From NCBI GenBank assembly GCA_964016885.1, contig OZ024740.1, positions 309,256,001 through 309,320,000 of the forward strand: 64,000 nt of DNA. Reading direction: 5' to 3'. Numbering within the stretch: position 1 is the stretch's first letter; every line of letters begins with the position of its first letter. Of the stretch, positions 11,522 through 24,840 are shown piece by piece. Made by a program: the position numbers and the translations under genes. The notes beneath the pieces are model-generated. The model saw nothing but the letters and a program-made list of their open reading frames with translations, was not told the origin of the DNA and searched no databases. Source of the stretch: Eledone cirrhosa. Taxonomy: Eukaryota.

Positions 11522-13914
11522 TTTACTTATCACTGTTTTATATTACTTAGAATAATTGTCACAGTACTGTAGAAGAGACAAGCCTACATTTGGGAAAATG
11601 TGGAAATAAACTTGCACATATTAAAATTATAGCTATGATTTATTATGTACATTATTTAACCATTTATCCATGTTAAACAGATTTCACTCTTGGGGTGGGT
11701 TTTAAGAGTCTAGAAAATCTAAACAACAACCAATGGGAATTGCTTATTTGACAAAGTAGCAGAGTATAACCATTATGTCATCCCTGTGCAACATTTATTC
11801 TCTACAAGCTTTACTGCAACAATTCTTTTAAAAATTTGTTAATATATCCATTTATCAGTAGTTAGAGAAATAAATAGTTAATTTAAACAGCTTTGTTTAA
11901 CACTTTATATCCAGCCAACTTGATGGCTCCTGAAATTTACATTCCTTAATTGAAATATATTTGCTTCTTCATGCATTTTCTCTTATTTCATTCCTATGCT
12001 ATTAATTAATACTACTTCCTCTTTCTCTCCATTATCATCTTTCCTTTTGCTACTTATTTATTTATTTGTCATCTGATTAATTGGTTCCTATGGTTGATTT
12101 ATATATTGTTCAAAGACACAACAATATATACATCTCTATCAGATTACAACCATTACTACTAATTGCTGTTCTTGTTGTTAGTATTAGTTTCATCTTTCTA
12201 TTAGTTCAAATCCTGCTCGGTTAGACTCTTTTTCTCTCGAGCCAATAAAATAAATATCAAGCATTCTTTTATCACTTAGTCAGGAAACGATAGATATCAC
12301 CTGTATCTCTATTTTTTCAGAGTCTCTAAGACTGGCGAAATGAAAGGAGAAACTACTCCTTAAAATGGAGATCTGGTTTGAATGCTTGCAACAAAATGAA
12401 CTCGACTAAAGGTGATGGTGTTAAATTGAGTGACAGATTACCATATATGCTTGGATATAAGATAACCTGCCATTTTATGTTTAAGAAATGGGCAAAAATC
12501 CAAACTCTGTAGATAAGTCGAGGCAGCTAATCAACACATTATATTTAGATGGTGCTGTTTTCTAGTTCATGTTAATGGAAAATAATTCATGAAGTCTTAA
12601 TATTTTGATATTTAAAATGTTTTCAGTGTCATTTAGAGTATAGTTTTTGTTTCACAACTCCATTATGTAATGATATTTTACCAATTTCCGACTGTTTTGA
12701 AGGCCATATTCATTCAAAATATCAAAAATATAGGGAAAAACAAATTTCACCTCCAAAGTGAAATTAGTGTAAACACTTCTAATGTGAAAATATTTTAGTA
12801 TCTCAGTTGCGTAGAATTTGAAGTTAGTGAAAATCGGCAGAATTTTGACCTTGAATATAAGCCGGGTCTCCATTTTACCATTAATTTTTTTGTCATATTT
12901 TTCTTGGCTTATATACAAATTTATACAGTAAGTATATCCTCCAAGAACTCAGAATAAATACTTGCTTATTTCACCAGGGAGAATTCAATTTGCTATGTAA
13001 ATTTGTGACCTTCTCACAGAAAAGAAATAGCTATTAACATCCCTATGATTTATAAGGCCCTTAACTGTTAACCTCGTGTACATAAGTTTAATATTTTCAT
13101 TACTATTTTTCTTAAAAAAGAAAATGACACTGCATACAATTAGCAAATACTTTTGAAAATAATAAAGAATCTGAATGGATATAGTATTAAATCTTACTCA
13201 TTTTTAATCTGGTATTTGGAAAGTAACTTAAATGTTCTTACATAAAATTATCATAAAAGGTTTTTAGATAAATATGTAGCAAAATCTGATTTTAAAAGGG
13301 TCTGTGGATCAATTTTTCCATTGTTGCAATAATTTCTATAACAATATTCAACATATTGGCTATAGGAAGATGTAACCCTTTTGATACCAAACCATCTGAA
13401 ACAGCCCCTGGTTCTATGAGATAAAACTGTCTTTTAAGTTGTTTATATTTATCTAAAAACTTTTCATCATAATTTTATATAAAAACCTTTAAGTTACTTT
13501 CCAAACACCAGCTTAATAATGATCACAATAATCTATAAGTTGACCATCAGCAATGTTGGACACTGGCATCTTGATGCTAATCACAAAAGTAGAGGAAGGC
13601 CCTATATAGAACTACTGATCACCTCTATTTTCTTTGTGAGACTTCCCAGTATACCTTTTGCATTAAAATAACTTTCATTAACTTAGCTATTGATAGAACT
13701 TCTCTTAAAGGGCTCATTGTCATGACTAGTTCCTGAGATTTCATCTCTGAACCAATTGTGCATAACCTAAGGTTGCCAACTAAAGACTGTAATGATATGA
13801 TATCAGTGGCTTGAGTTAATCTAATTACACCGATCAAGAAATATTCTGAACTAGAATTAAAGGTAAAACTCTGTCCATACAATCAAATATGTTTCTATGC
13901 ACTACTTGACTGTG

Positions 13915-16890
13915 CGTATGTATAGTCTCTCTTTCTCTTAATTTTGAGCTTATTTTTGACTGGCCACCTTCCAGGTGGCAAGGTTGTAAAGAAAAGGAAA
14001 TTGGCATTGTCTTATCATCCTTTGAATTGTAAGAATTTTTTTTAAATGTTGAAGGTTCCAAATATTGCAGCCATTTATAGCTTATGAATTAAGGAGCAAC
14101 GTTCTTTCTCCACAACTCTAAGTTCAGTTATACTTTGGTCCAGGCAGGTTCTTATATATAATTTGTGGCTCCAATAATAACAAGTATGAAGCTGAATGTT
14201 TGTCTTGGATATTGGATCTGCAAACTTCTCATCAATGGTCTGTAGATATCCTTCCTTTACATTTTTCTTACCACATTGACATCAAGTGGATAGCTGATTT
14301 CTACAACAGAGCATGTTTTTAATGTGTGATCCCAGACAACAATATCAGGTCTGTTGTGCTTTAATTTGGTGGCAGTTTTTATTTTTAGGTTCCACCGGTA
14401 TTTCTTTGAGCCATCAGTCTCAACATATCCCTCCCTATTTGTTTTGATTTTCATCTTCCGTAATGCATTCCAGATCATTCTAGCTATCATACATACCTTA
14501 TGTGGAGGTAGTAATGAGAAGACATTCTTTCACAACTAGCAACAATGTGGCTAACGTTTTCAATCTTTGTTTTGCACAGCCTACATTTATTGTCAACTGA
14601 TGACTATCCTCTTTTGTGCAGTATGTACTTGGTGTGGATTTCTTGTTCTTGGATTGCATAGAAATATCCTTCAAGGTGGGATGTTATGAACTTGTCAGAA
14701 CTACATGTCAAGCTTTTAGCGTGGTCTGTGTTTTTGTTTCAAGTACCCATGTACAACCTTCTCAGGGAATTGGTCCATTTTATTATTTTATTTCAGCATT
14801 GAGTAGTCTTCCAATGTTTCTGAGAGAGTGATTTGTATCAGGTTATATTTCATGTCTCTCTTCCAGATCAGTGACTGTTAACAATATTATTATTGTCATG
14901 CTCATAAGCCTGTGCAAGATGGCTGCTGACTATTTTCTTTTGTTGAAGATTTTACTTAGTGGTATTATTCGGGCCTCATATGATGTAATGTGGATTTTAG
15001 GTCCTGGTCATCCTCCTTGTGTGTGAAATATAGCCTATCGACATCACCATTGATGTTAAAGTTTCCAGTAACATTAAGAAGCTTGCAAGTCCTTACATCC
15101 ATCTCACTTAGTTCTTGCAATGACTAGTTCAGCAGGCCATATATTGGCATTAGTATGGGAACAGCAAAAGTATTATTGGCAAAGTATTTGTTGTATGCTG
15201 AGAGTTCTGATGACCATATTCTCTTTACTCCTCAGGTATTCACTCCTGGTTTTCCCCTTATTTACGGGTCCATTATATCTGACATTCTCATCCTGTTTAA
15301 GATAACTATAATTGTTATTTGACTGTAGAGGTTGTATCATAAAGCCTTTCATTTTTAGATTTTCAGAGAAGGGCACAACTTTTCCACATTTTATTGTCAA
15401 AAATGTACATTTAGACTCACCAAATTTAATTTCAGTGTCTGTAGAAAATTGGGTAATGAGGTCCAATTGCGTTTTCTATATGGTTGATATTTGGCCTATA
15501 TAATTTCAAGTCATCAACAAAGAAAAGATGGGAAATATTTCTGGATCCATTTATGTGGCCACTATGTTTTGTGAGCAGGTATGATAGTAGGTTTAATGAG
15601 AGGATGAAGAGCAGCGCTGATAAACTCTCACTCTGAAAGATACCTTTTGGGTAGTGAATGCTCTGACACAATTTGCTCCTTATCACCCCTAAGGAGCAAA
15701 GTGGTGAACCAAGTCTTTGTCAGCTGTTTGGTAGCAGTTACTAATGGTTGTGGGACTTTGGCTAACTGTAAAACCTTCATAATCCACCCATGTGGTATAC
15801 TATTAAAAGCCTTCTGATAGTCTAGCCACACTACAATCAAGTTCCTGTGATTCTTTACTGTTTTTTCCTGGATCATTTTATTAATTAGTAGCTGCTCTAC
15901 ACAGCCCCACATTTCCTTCTTTCCCTCAGCTTCCTCAAGTGTTATACTGTTGTTGGTGGCCAAATGATCCTGCAAAAGCAGATTGAGGCACCCAGTATAT
16001 AATTTGTACATAATGTTCTCGAAGACTATTGGATGGTAATATTTAGATGGGTGGTTTGTCTATTTTAGGAGATAGGAGAGTAGTGGCACTTGATAACCAT
16101 TGGGGCAGTTCTTGTGTGTCCTTGATACTGTCTCCATACATCTGTATGAGATTTCACTGATAAAAGATAAAATTCTTCAGCTAGTAATCTGTTATGAGGT
16201 CTGGGCCTAGGGCTTGATATTTTCTGTTGAGCTGTTTCCAGTATTGCACTGTCTATTTCATATTGCTTTTCCTGGTCATGCTGGCAGTAGTCCTGCTCGA
16301 GTTCTTTTAGCCATACAACTTCTTTGTTGAACTCATCATTTGTTTCCCATACAGATCTCCAATAGCTATCAAACTGACTTATTATAGGGGTGTCTTTTAC
16401 AGAGATTAAGCTTTTCACATTGAAGCTACAATAGGGTTCTCTGGTTCAAGCTTTCTGCTTGTATCTTGAATGTGAGGCTTCAGCTCTTTGTGATACACTA
16501 GCAATGTGATAGCTGAGACATATATAAAAAGGTTAACGGTTGCGTAGGTTGTTTTCATACCTCTGAATGTGACCTTCAGATAATTGTTTGCTATTTAATT
16601 AACTGCCTTAAATTATAATTTACTGGGTTCTTTACTTATGCTTGTGTTATATGGCCTATCATTCAAATTAATGTTGTGGACCTGTTGAAACATATTCCAG
16701 ATCACTTGTAAGGTGTCCACAAGTTTTTGGTGTTCTTCTGTTTGTACAATAGAGGTATGGATTTCAGCTAAGTTGTTGGTGTGTTGTTTACTGCTAGATT
16801 TAACTGATGGTTTTGTCTGACCATCAGTGGAAGTGGGATGATTATCTTCAATGGCTGGCTTTGTAGTACTTGTCTGCTCAGGCAGTTCCA
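13915..16890 (-). mobile_element. Decayed R4/Dong-like non-LTR retrotransposon (RT + CCHC knuckle + restriction-like endonuclease), frameshifted
   Basis: RT motifs WLDYQKAFNSIPH, GIFQSESLSALLF and HLFFVDDLKLY; zinc knuckle CRLCKTKIENVSHIVASC (about 14533-14586); RLE motif KHNRPDIVVWD...VVEISYP. Confidence 0.88.
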
Positions 16891-16959
16891 CTAAATATAT
16901 CAATATGTATATATGTATGTGTGTATGCCTGTATGTGTATGTATATATATGTGGGTACA

Positions 16960-17190
16960 TATGTATGTATGTATGTTCTTTCATTCGAAGTTGTAGGCCA
17001 CAGTATTGTATCTACGTAGCTGAAATTTCGCATAGCAGTACATCTTTCCAGTGTGAAAGATATAGGCTATATAGCTTGGTTTTTTAATTTTATATATTTT
17101 TTTTTAGCTTCAGACAAAAAAGCTAACAATATTGTATACTCTCAAGCACTGCAGTAGACACTGGAAATAAATTACTGATTAGAAATAAAT
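16960..17190 (+). repeat. Dispersed repeat following (TGTA)n, possibly a DINE-1/HINE-like non-autonomous Helitron (second copy at about 26995-27200)
   Basis: Both copies read (TGTA)n-TTGTAGGCCACAGT.TTGT...GAAATTT..CATA...GACAAAA..CTAA.A..ATT.TATA...CAAGCACT. The class assignment is inference. Confidence 0.45.
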
Positions 17191-19229
17191 AGTTCATTTA
17201 GAATAATTATGTAAATTAGCACATTATTGTATTTTATTTTGTTTTGATTTTTTGTGGGCGAGGGGCATTATATATTATGTTCTTTTGTTGTTATTTTTTT
17301 TTTGTCTACTTTTTATGAAACACAACTCGAAACATTGTGGGATTCCTGTGATCGAATGTAACTGCTAGTGTATTAAATATTTTGATATATTTCTTGATAA
17401 CATACCTGTTCTTTTGTCTCATTTTATTCAAATCATTTCTATTCAATCTCTGCCTACATCTCCTGAAACCTAAACATACTGTGTGTGTTGTGTGTGTGTG
17501 TGCGCATGTGTGTGTGTGTGTGTTTGTACATGTGCTTGTATGTATGTGTGTGTGTGTACATGTGCTTGTATATGCATGGTGTACACACGTGCTTGTATAT
17601 GCATGGTGTGTGGTGTGTGTGTGTATGTGTGTGTGTATGGTGTGTATTTGTCTGTGTGTTTGTGCATGGTGTTTGTGTGAAATTAGGAGAGTAGATACGA
17701 ACTTCTTTGCAGTCTATAGTAATAGTTCTCTAAATTCTTCCTGTAGAACTTTTCCTTAAACACCATATTTTATTTGTAGCCTAGTGATTAGGGTTTTCGG
17801 ACACATAATCATAATGTTGTGAATTCGATTCCTGGACTGTGTAACATGTTGTATACTTGAGTAAAATATTTTATTTTACGTTGCTCCTTCTGCCATGAGT
17901 TGTGACTGTAACATATCAGTAATGGAAAGACCACTGGAAACATTGTTTCCTTGGTCCGATCTGACGTTCGGCTCATTTCACTTTATTTTCTCTATTAATG
18001 GCTGTTGTTAAAAGTAGCTTCACTTAGCTCCACTTTCGCAAAGCTACAACACACAGAGATCATTTAAAAACAGCCCAGACACTTTGCCTTGTGTATATGC
18101 AGTATATGCTTAGTAGAATAGAAATTTAATACCTCTGCTCTATTAGTTACAATGCATATTTATTTATATGTCCATAGTCTCTGCATTGGATGTTCTCTGG
18201 TGTTACCTGAGAAACTGATAAGTATATTGTTGCCATTGGTTTGCTACAGCTTGACTCTGATTCAGTGGATTTGTATTCAAAAATGTTTCATCCATAACCA
18301 TCCCATCTTATTTTCTTTGTTTGTTTAGTCACCATTCACCTAACACTATGTTATCCAATGTAATACAAGCTATCATCATTTTAAAGGTGCTAGTATGTTG
18401 TTTAAATGAAATTTGGCTGCTATTTGTAGCAAGTGTAACAATCACCTAGATTGGAGGCTTAAATGATACATATGTGATGCAAGAAAATTATTTTTTCATT
18501 TGTCTACCCACAAGACTACTTTACCATTTAAAGTATTCATTAGATATATTGTTTATACAATATTGAATTGCAAAATATATATTTTTTTTACCATGCACTG
18601 AACAAACTGCTTTTTTATTTTCAAGACTTTCTCAAGGACATAACTATTATTTGTTGTTTTTAGCAGGATTATTTTACCATGATTCTATTGGTATTTATAC
18701 ATAACATGAATGCAAACCATTTTGTAAGGTGCTATATAAACATTTATGTTATTTGTGTGTCTGTGTTTGTGCCGGTGTTCGTATTCTTCATTTTCCTTTC
18801 AAGAATGTTTTAATTTATCCTCTTACCAGAAGTCATAACCGGCACTGCATAGAAAAGAGACAACGCATTCTGTGAACAATTTCATGGAAAACGATAATAG
18901 CAATTCTGCATAAATATTGACACAACATATATATTCTTTTTAACAAAGACACAAGGTTCAAAAACACCTTTATATATACATACATATATATACCAGCAAT
19001 GTTCGTTAATTTTATTTTATATATATATATATATAAAAGAGAGAGAGAGAAAGAGAGAGAGTCTGCAGTACTGAGACTGGGGAGATCACTAATCATGGGA
19101 AGATGCAGAGTGTGTAGAGATAAGTAAAAACTACACCCTTGAAAAGGCTTGCTGAACACACAAGCCAAAAACGCTTAGCTCAGCGGTCAGGATTTTATGT
19201 TTCTCTCTCCCCTTCTCTCTCTCTGTCTC

Positions 19230-19288
<59 letters not shown>

Positions 19289-19405
19289 TATGTTAAATGC
19301 CTTAAACAAATCAAAGCATGCTCAATGCCTCAAGATGCAATATTAAATACTAAAGTGGAGTTAATATTTAAGGAGAGTTAATGTACAAAGGATAAGCAGA
19401 GTGAG

Positions 19406-19795
19406 TATAAGCAGAAATATATGATGGAGAAAACAAGACGGTTAAGAACAAATTTTATTCCTTACACAGTATTTCATCTTCAGGGTAGAATCAATATTCC
19501 TATGGTGTGAATAAACAAGATATATATCTTTCCGTAGAAGTCTTTAAAGACTGAATTGGTCCTGCATCTATAGCCTGTTATTTTGCATTTTGCAAGGCCT
19601 TTGATTATCCCTTTTCTGACAGCATTAAAAACAAACAATTTTCCCCTGAAGAATCTAATGGGTACAATTCTACGGAGGTATATAAATCTTGTTTATTTCC
19701 TCCATAGGAATATTGATTCTACCCTGAAGATGAAACACTGTAAGGAATAAAATTTGTTCTTAAGATTCTTGTTTTCTCCATCATATATTTCTGCT

Positions 19796-19799
<4 letters not shown>
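19406..19799. mobile_element. Fold-back element with ~130-bp inverted arms (19406-19539 / 19668-19799)
   Basis: The arms are reverse complements with scattered mismatches; TA at both ends; abuts a (GT)n/(TA)n tract. Confidence 0.85.
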
Positions 19800-19867
<68 letters not shown>

Positions 19868-20146
19868 GGGGAGGCACGTGGCCTAGTGGTAAGGGTGTTC
19901 GACTTACTATCATAATGTCATGGGTTCGATTCTTGGGTTGCGTGTTGTGTTCTTGAGCAAAACGCTTCATTTCACGTTGCTCCAGTATACTCAACTGAAA
20001 ATGAGTACCAGCAATAGCTGGGGGTTTAACTCTGTGATGGACTGGCATCCTGTCTAGGGGGGAGTCTTGTACTCTCAGTCGCTTCATGCCATGAAACTGG
20101 GATAAGCATCGGCCAAATGAGCCTTCTGGCTTAAGACAGACTTTAG
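19868..20146 (+). mobile_element. Full-length tRNA-derived SINE (second family)
   Basis: A-box TGGCCTAGTGG, B-box GGTTCGATTC, body GTGTTGTGTTCTTGAGCAAAAC and GATGGACTGGCATCCTGTC.AGGGG. An inverted copy lies at 32053-32330. Confidence 0.8.
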
Positions 20147-20424
20147 ATTTAGATATATATATTGAAAAAATATGTATAAGAGAGTTTTGTAGTTTGCTTG
20201 AAGCATTGTTGAAAGTGTAGAAAATATGTTTTAGAGGTCTACAGCAATGCAAATAAGACATTAAATGTTAAAAATAATAACAAAGTTGTTAGAATGCTAC
20301 CTTGAAGGTGTTTGATAGTCCTTAATATTTGGGGCTAAAATCTCTTCATCAATAGAAGTGTTACATTTTTTAATCAATTGATTGTAGACCTCTAAAATAA
20401 AACACTAATTTCTAAAAAGATATG

Positions 20425-20815
20425 TACTCTTGGGTCTTGAATAACTCCCTTCCGCCCATTGATTTTTCAGATACCCCCCTCCCGTGCTTCTTTTAAATTT
20501 TGCTAATCTATATCTAGTGAAATTATATTTTAAGTTGTAACACTCCTGTGATAATTAATTTTCTTTAGACTTTAAAAAAAATATTACACTTGACAAAAAA
20601 ACTACATTACTAGAAATCTCACATTATAAAATAAACAGGATTGGTTGGGGTCTTAAATATGTAAACTAAACAATTAATTCTGGTTTTTAAAAAAATCAAT
20701 GGAGACAGCCTAGAAAAATTGCTGATTTTCCAACGACCCCACTTATTCCAACCTCTTCGCATATTCTACCCTACCTGCTTATTATCCTCCCCCTATTATT
20801 TGGGACTTGAGAGTA
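20425..20815. mobile_element. Old TA-flanked MITE (Tc1/mariner-like)
   Basis: Degenerate TIRs TACTCTTGGGTCTTGAATAA / TTATTTGGGACTTGAGAGTA. Confidence 0.45.
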
Positions 20816-21687
20816 TGCCTATAAACAAACCAGCACTATAATTAAAAGAAAAATGAATATTTGCATGAGAAATCTGTATCTAAATGCACTTGGTGAATTT
20901 ATGAAATATATTTAGTGCAAAAGAAAGAAAAAATGAATGCAGTAATCATTAAATGTTAATTTTGTCATTAAATACTACACAAAATATAAAATAAATTATA
21001 CCATAAAATGTATAAGTTCATCTATTTCATTTTCTATTAAAAACAACATCAAAAAACAAAAAGAAACAAATAAAAAAATGTTCACACGCACATCATATTA
21101 AAAGGTGGAGTTAAAGACTCCACATAGATAAATGAATTTTTTATCAGCACAAACATAAATTGTATGACTGCCCACATATTTACTTGTAAGTGCAATTGTG
21201 CAACACTGCCAAAATGGTTAGGATTTTTAGAGAGATAACATATATATAGACAATCCATCGTTTAATCTGCACTTGGAGAACATTGACAGTAATATTCCAA
21301 TAGCAACTAGTATGTGTCTTGTTTGTTTCCTTAAATTAATTAATAATTTTCTATTACTAAGAAATTCCTATGGGAAAACTTGTTTTATATTCAAACACAT
21401 TATTTAGATATCTGATGTATTCCTCATTATATATTTAAGGTGGTGAATTATCAGAGTTATTAAAACACTGGATAGAATCATTTGTAGTGTTTGTTCCAGC
21501 TTTGTTCAATTCTCGCTGAAGTCAACTGTGCCTTTCATTCCTTCAGGGTTAGCAAAAAAGAAAGAAACAAAAAGAAAGAAAAGAAGAATCTTACATGCAA
21601 ATTTATCATTTATAGATTAGTGATTATCATTTTGCAATATATATCTTTAGCATTTGAATAGTAGTTCAATACTGTGGCTTTATACAA

Positions 21688-22500
21688 CATCATCATCATC
21701 ACTGTCCATTTTCAATGCTAACATGGGTTAAACAAGCTGACTTGTGAGACAAACCAGTTTGGATGACTGTGTCTTGCTCATACAAAACTGATTTTGGCTT
21801 GGTTTCTATGACTGGATGCCCTTCCTAACACCAACCACATTTACAGTGTGGTTTGGGTGCTTTTTGTCGTGACACCTACATGACCACTTTACAGTGTGAG
21901 CTGGGTGCTTTTTGTTGTGACACTTACACAACCAATTTTCAGTGGGCTGGGCACTTTTTATCATGTCACCAACATGACCACTTTACTGTGTGGGCTGAGG
22001 ACTTGGGTGGGGAAGGTGCATGGGGAGGTAGATATTGTGGCATGGATGAGCAGTGGGGTGTTAGGACATTGGTGGGGTGTTATGTGGAAGGTGTATGGAG
22101 GGGGGATGGAAGGGAAGGTGGTGCATACTAGATGTATGCCTCAACTCGTGCACAGAGGAAGGCAGGTTTTCTGTATTACTGCATAATGCCAGAGATTACA
22201 GTCCTGTGTCATCACCTTTGAGATGTGCAAGGTTAGCTTTGTGCAAGGTTAGCTTTTATCACATCATCCCATGCTTTCTTAGGTCTTCTTACTCCATGGC
22301 TTCTATCAACTTTGAGTGCTCTTCACCTTTTTATACAGTTGTCATCCTTCATATGCATCCCATGTCCATACCAATACAATCTCCTCTTCTGCACACTGCA
22401 TCTGATTCCTCTTATGCCCAGTTTCTCTCTCAGCTCATTTATATTTTGCCATTCATGTATATTACTTTTACACATCCATCAGAACATGGAAACTTCATTT
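21688..22500 (-). mobile_element. 5'-truncated RTE LINE (C-terminal ORF remnant + 3' UTR)
   Basis: Homologous to 34320-34980: RWYWYGHG..MKDD motif, UTR tandem repeats and (CAT)n tail. Confidence 0.8.
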
Positions 22501-22539
22501 CTTTCCGACAATACTTTATTGTATTTCAAACCCTGTATC

Positions 22540-22780
22540 TTAACCCCTTCATTACCATATTTCTAATTAAATACTTTGTATTTCAAGTAATAAATGAAGA
22601 ATTTGGGAAGAATTTAGTAAAATTATGTTGTCATTAAGATGATATTTGTAACAAATATAACATGTTTTTATATAAAATTATGTTGGAAGATTTTAATTTA
22701 AGTAGGAACCCTTTAAAATGGGTGGTTTTGTTTTATAGGAACAGGGGTAGTTTTGGGTAGGTTGGTATCAAAAGGGTTAA
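22540..22780 (+). mobile_element. TTAA-flanked piggyBac-like MITE, family A
   Basis: TTAA-CCCCTTCATTACC...GGTATCAAAAGGG-TTAA. Relatives at 37901-38152, 38345-38610, about 44410-44645, 48697-48918, about 13374 and about 58815. Confidence 0.75.
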
Positions 22781-22832
22781 GGAACATTTAATTTATTGTT
22801 GCTTTATTCTCTTATTTTCTTTTATTCTTCAG

Positions 22833-22893
22833 ATCACAGCATACCTCGGCAAACGGGATTTTATTGACCATCTTTCTCACATTGACCCTGTTG
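22833..22893 (+). CDS. ARRB1: Beta-arrestin coding exon (61 nt, phase 0 to phase 1): ITAYLGKRDFIDHLSHIDPV + first base of D
   Basis: Polypyrimidine tract plus AG at 22831-22832 and GTAAGA donor at 22894. The translation matches the arrestin N-domain motif (L/I)TVYLGKRDFVDH..VDPVD. The symbol means beta-arrestin-like; the paralog is not resolved. Confidence 0.93.
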
Positions 22894-23062
22894 GTAAGAC
22901 AATGGTAAATTTCTTGTGTGTGTGTGTGTGTGTGTGTGTGAGATTAAATGGAGACTCAATTTGTTAGATACCTGAGTTCCAGCCCATATTGATTTAATTA
23001 CTGAAAAAATATTTTTGCATATGATTTTTTTTCCCCTCAAATAATCAAATTAAAGATCCTAC

Positions 23063-23400
23063 AAGGTGGTAAATAGGCAAATTCGTTAACATGTTGGGCA
23101 GATGCTTTGTGGTATTTATTCCTGTTCTCTATGCTCTGGTTTCCAATTATGCTGAGGTCAACCGAGGTCAAATTTTCACGTTTGATGAAAAAAATACCAA
23201 TCAAGTACTGGGGTCGATTCTTCCTCTATATCTCTTTCTCTGTTCCTTTTTATCACTCTCCCTCTCTCTCTCGGTGTTCAGATCTAGAGAGGAGATGGTT
23301 CCTGACAGGTTTAAAATGACCAAGAAACACTGCATATCACTATGGTGTCCCTATAAATCAAAGAGTTATAGGTTCATACATACATTATACAATTTCATAG
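23063..23400 (+). mobile_element. SINE, same subfamily as 4112-4460
   Basis: Degenerate tRNA head, AGTACTGGGGTCGATT and tail CAGATCTAGAGAGGAGATGG..GGTTTAAAATGACCAAGAAA. Confidence 0.6.
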
Positions 23401-23887
23401 TGACTAATGTTTGTTTTTTGTTTTTTTTTTGTGTGTTTTTTTTTACGTTTTCCTCACAAATGTTGTCACACTTCTCAAAATGAAGTGCAAGGCTTGTCAA
23501 GCTTTAAAACTTAAATATGTATGAGCTTTAATTTGTTTACAGTTTTTTCCATTGTGTAAAGATCTGATAAAACATTGAGATATCAGTCATTCTTAGACAT
23601 TGACAAGCTTCAGAAAATTAGATTGGAATGCTGAAAGTGAATATTATAACAACACATGCTAGCATGGAAACGCAGACATATGGTAGTGGTGGTGATGATG
23701 AGGATGTTGTTATTGCTGCTATTGTTGTAGATACTCATCATTACATGAGATCAATTTCAGTTTCTTAATTTTAAAAAGTTTAACTGCAGAGAATGTTCAT
23801 TCACATTGCATTGGTGAAAATAAATTAGCAATTTCAATTTTCACTGTAAGCAAAATTCTGATAATTCCCACTTTGATTGCTTTTTAC

Positions 23888-23935
<48 letters not shown>

Positions 23936-24559
23936 TTTTTAATTTATCAAATATTTAATTTCTTAAAAAAAAAAAAAAAAAATTAAATCAAATTAGTCAC
24001 ACTTTTTTCTTGAAATTTGCTGCATGTTATGAATTCCATCTGGTTACTAAAATATTACAAAAAAAAAAAAAAAGAAAAAAAAATGATTTCAATAGCCTTG
24101 AAATAATTTTTAATTTTGAAGCAAACTACACAAATTAAACTGTAGATTTGCCCTATGGAAGAATTTCCTTCACTATACATTACATATTTGCAGCCTTATC
24201 ATCATCATCAACATCACCAACTGTGCTATCTGATTATTGTCTGTAGCAGAGTACATACTGTTAAGAGCTTTTGCATCAGTATGCCATTCTGAATATTAAT
24301 TTGTCTCTTGGTATGAAGTTATATACCAGCCCAGGAAGCAACGGAGACCATGTTGTTCTGAAGACAAAAATTCCACTGACTACTGTCAATGTTTCCAGTT
24401 AGGTGAACAAGCATTTTAAATAGTTCTATTTTTAAGTATGAATCATGAATAGAGAAAGGAAAAAAAAATTCGATTTTGCGTGTCTTATGTATAGGATGCC
24501 ACCCCGCCCCCCAGGTATTACTTTTTGTATAAAATATGTCTGTACCTCAGGCCCAACCC

Positions 24560-24840
24560 CCACCAATGCCTCCAGAGATAGTGCTGGTGCCACAACAAAA
24601 AGCATCCACTCCACCTGCACCATGATAAAATACTCCCAGTACACTGTAAATTGGTTGGTGTTAGGAAGGGCACCTCGCCAGAGAAAGCATGCTACCACTA
24701 CACGCTGTAAAGTAATTTGTATTAGGAAGGGCATCCAGCTGTAAACGCCAAGCCAAAACAAAGTGTACAAGCAGGACCTAGTCACTTGACTGGTTGGGGC
24801 ACAGTCTGTGACAGCCATCTAACCCATGCAAGCATGGAAG
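24560..24840 (+). mobile_element. RTE 3' UTR fragment, forward orientation
   Basis: TTAGGAAGGGCATCCAGCTGTA and CTAACCCATGCAAGCATGGAA, the reverse complement of the 21690-21850 block. Confidence 0.7.

Noticed and set aside
13625-14061. Two minus-strand ORFs as a host gene or retrocopy
   Set aside because: No recognisable motif; partly overlaps the LINE 3' end.
17382-17759. Cys/Val- or His/Thr-rich ORFs (also 8246-8467, 39664-39891, 60929-61190)
   Set aside because: These are translations of (GT)n, (CA)n, (CT)n and (TA)n microsatellites.
19868-19945. tRNA gene
   Set aside because: A and B boxes are present, but there is no convincing cloverleaf and the sequence continues into a SINE body.
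20683-20706. VFKKING as the missing upstream arrestin micro-exon
   Set aside because: It does not match VFKK(S/A)SPNGK, has no splice sites and lies inside a MITE.
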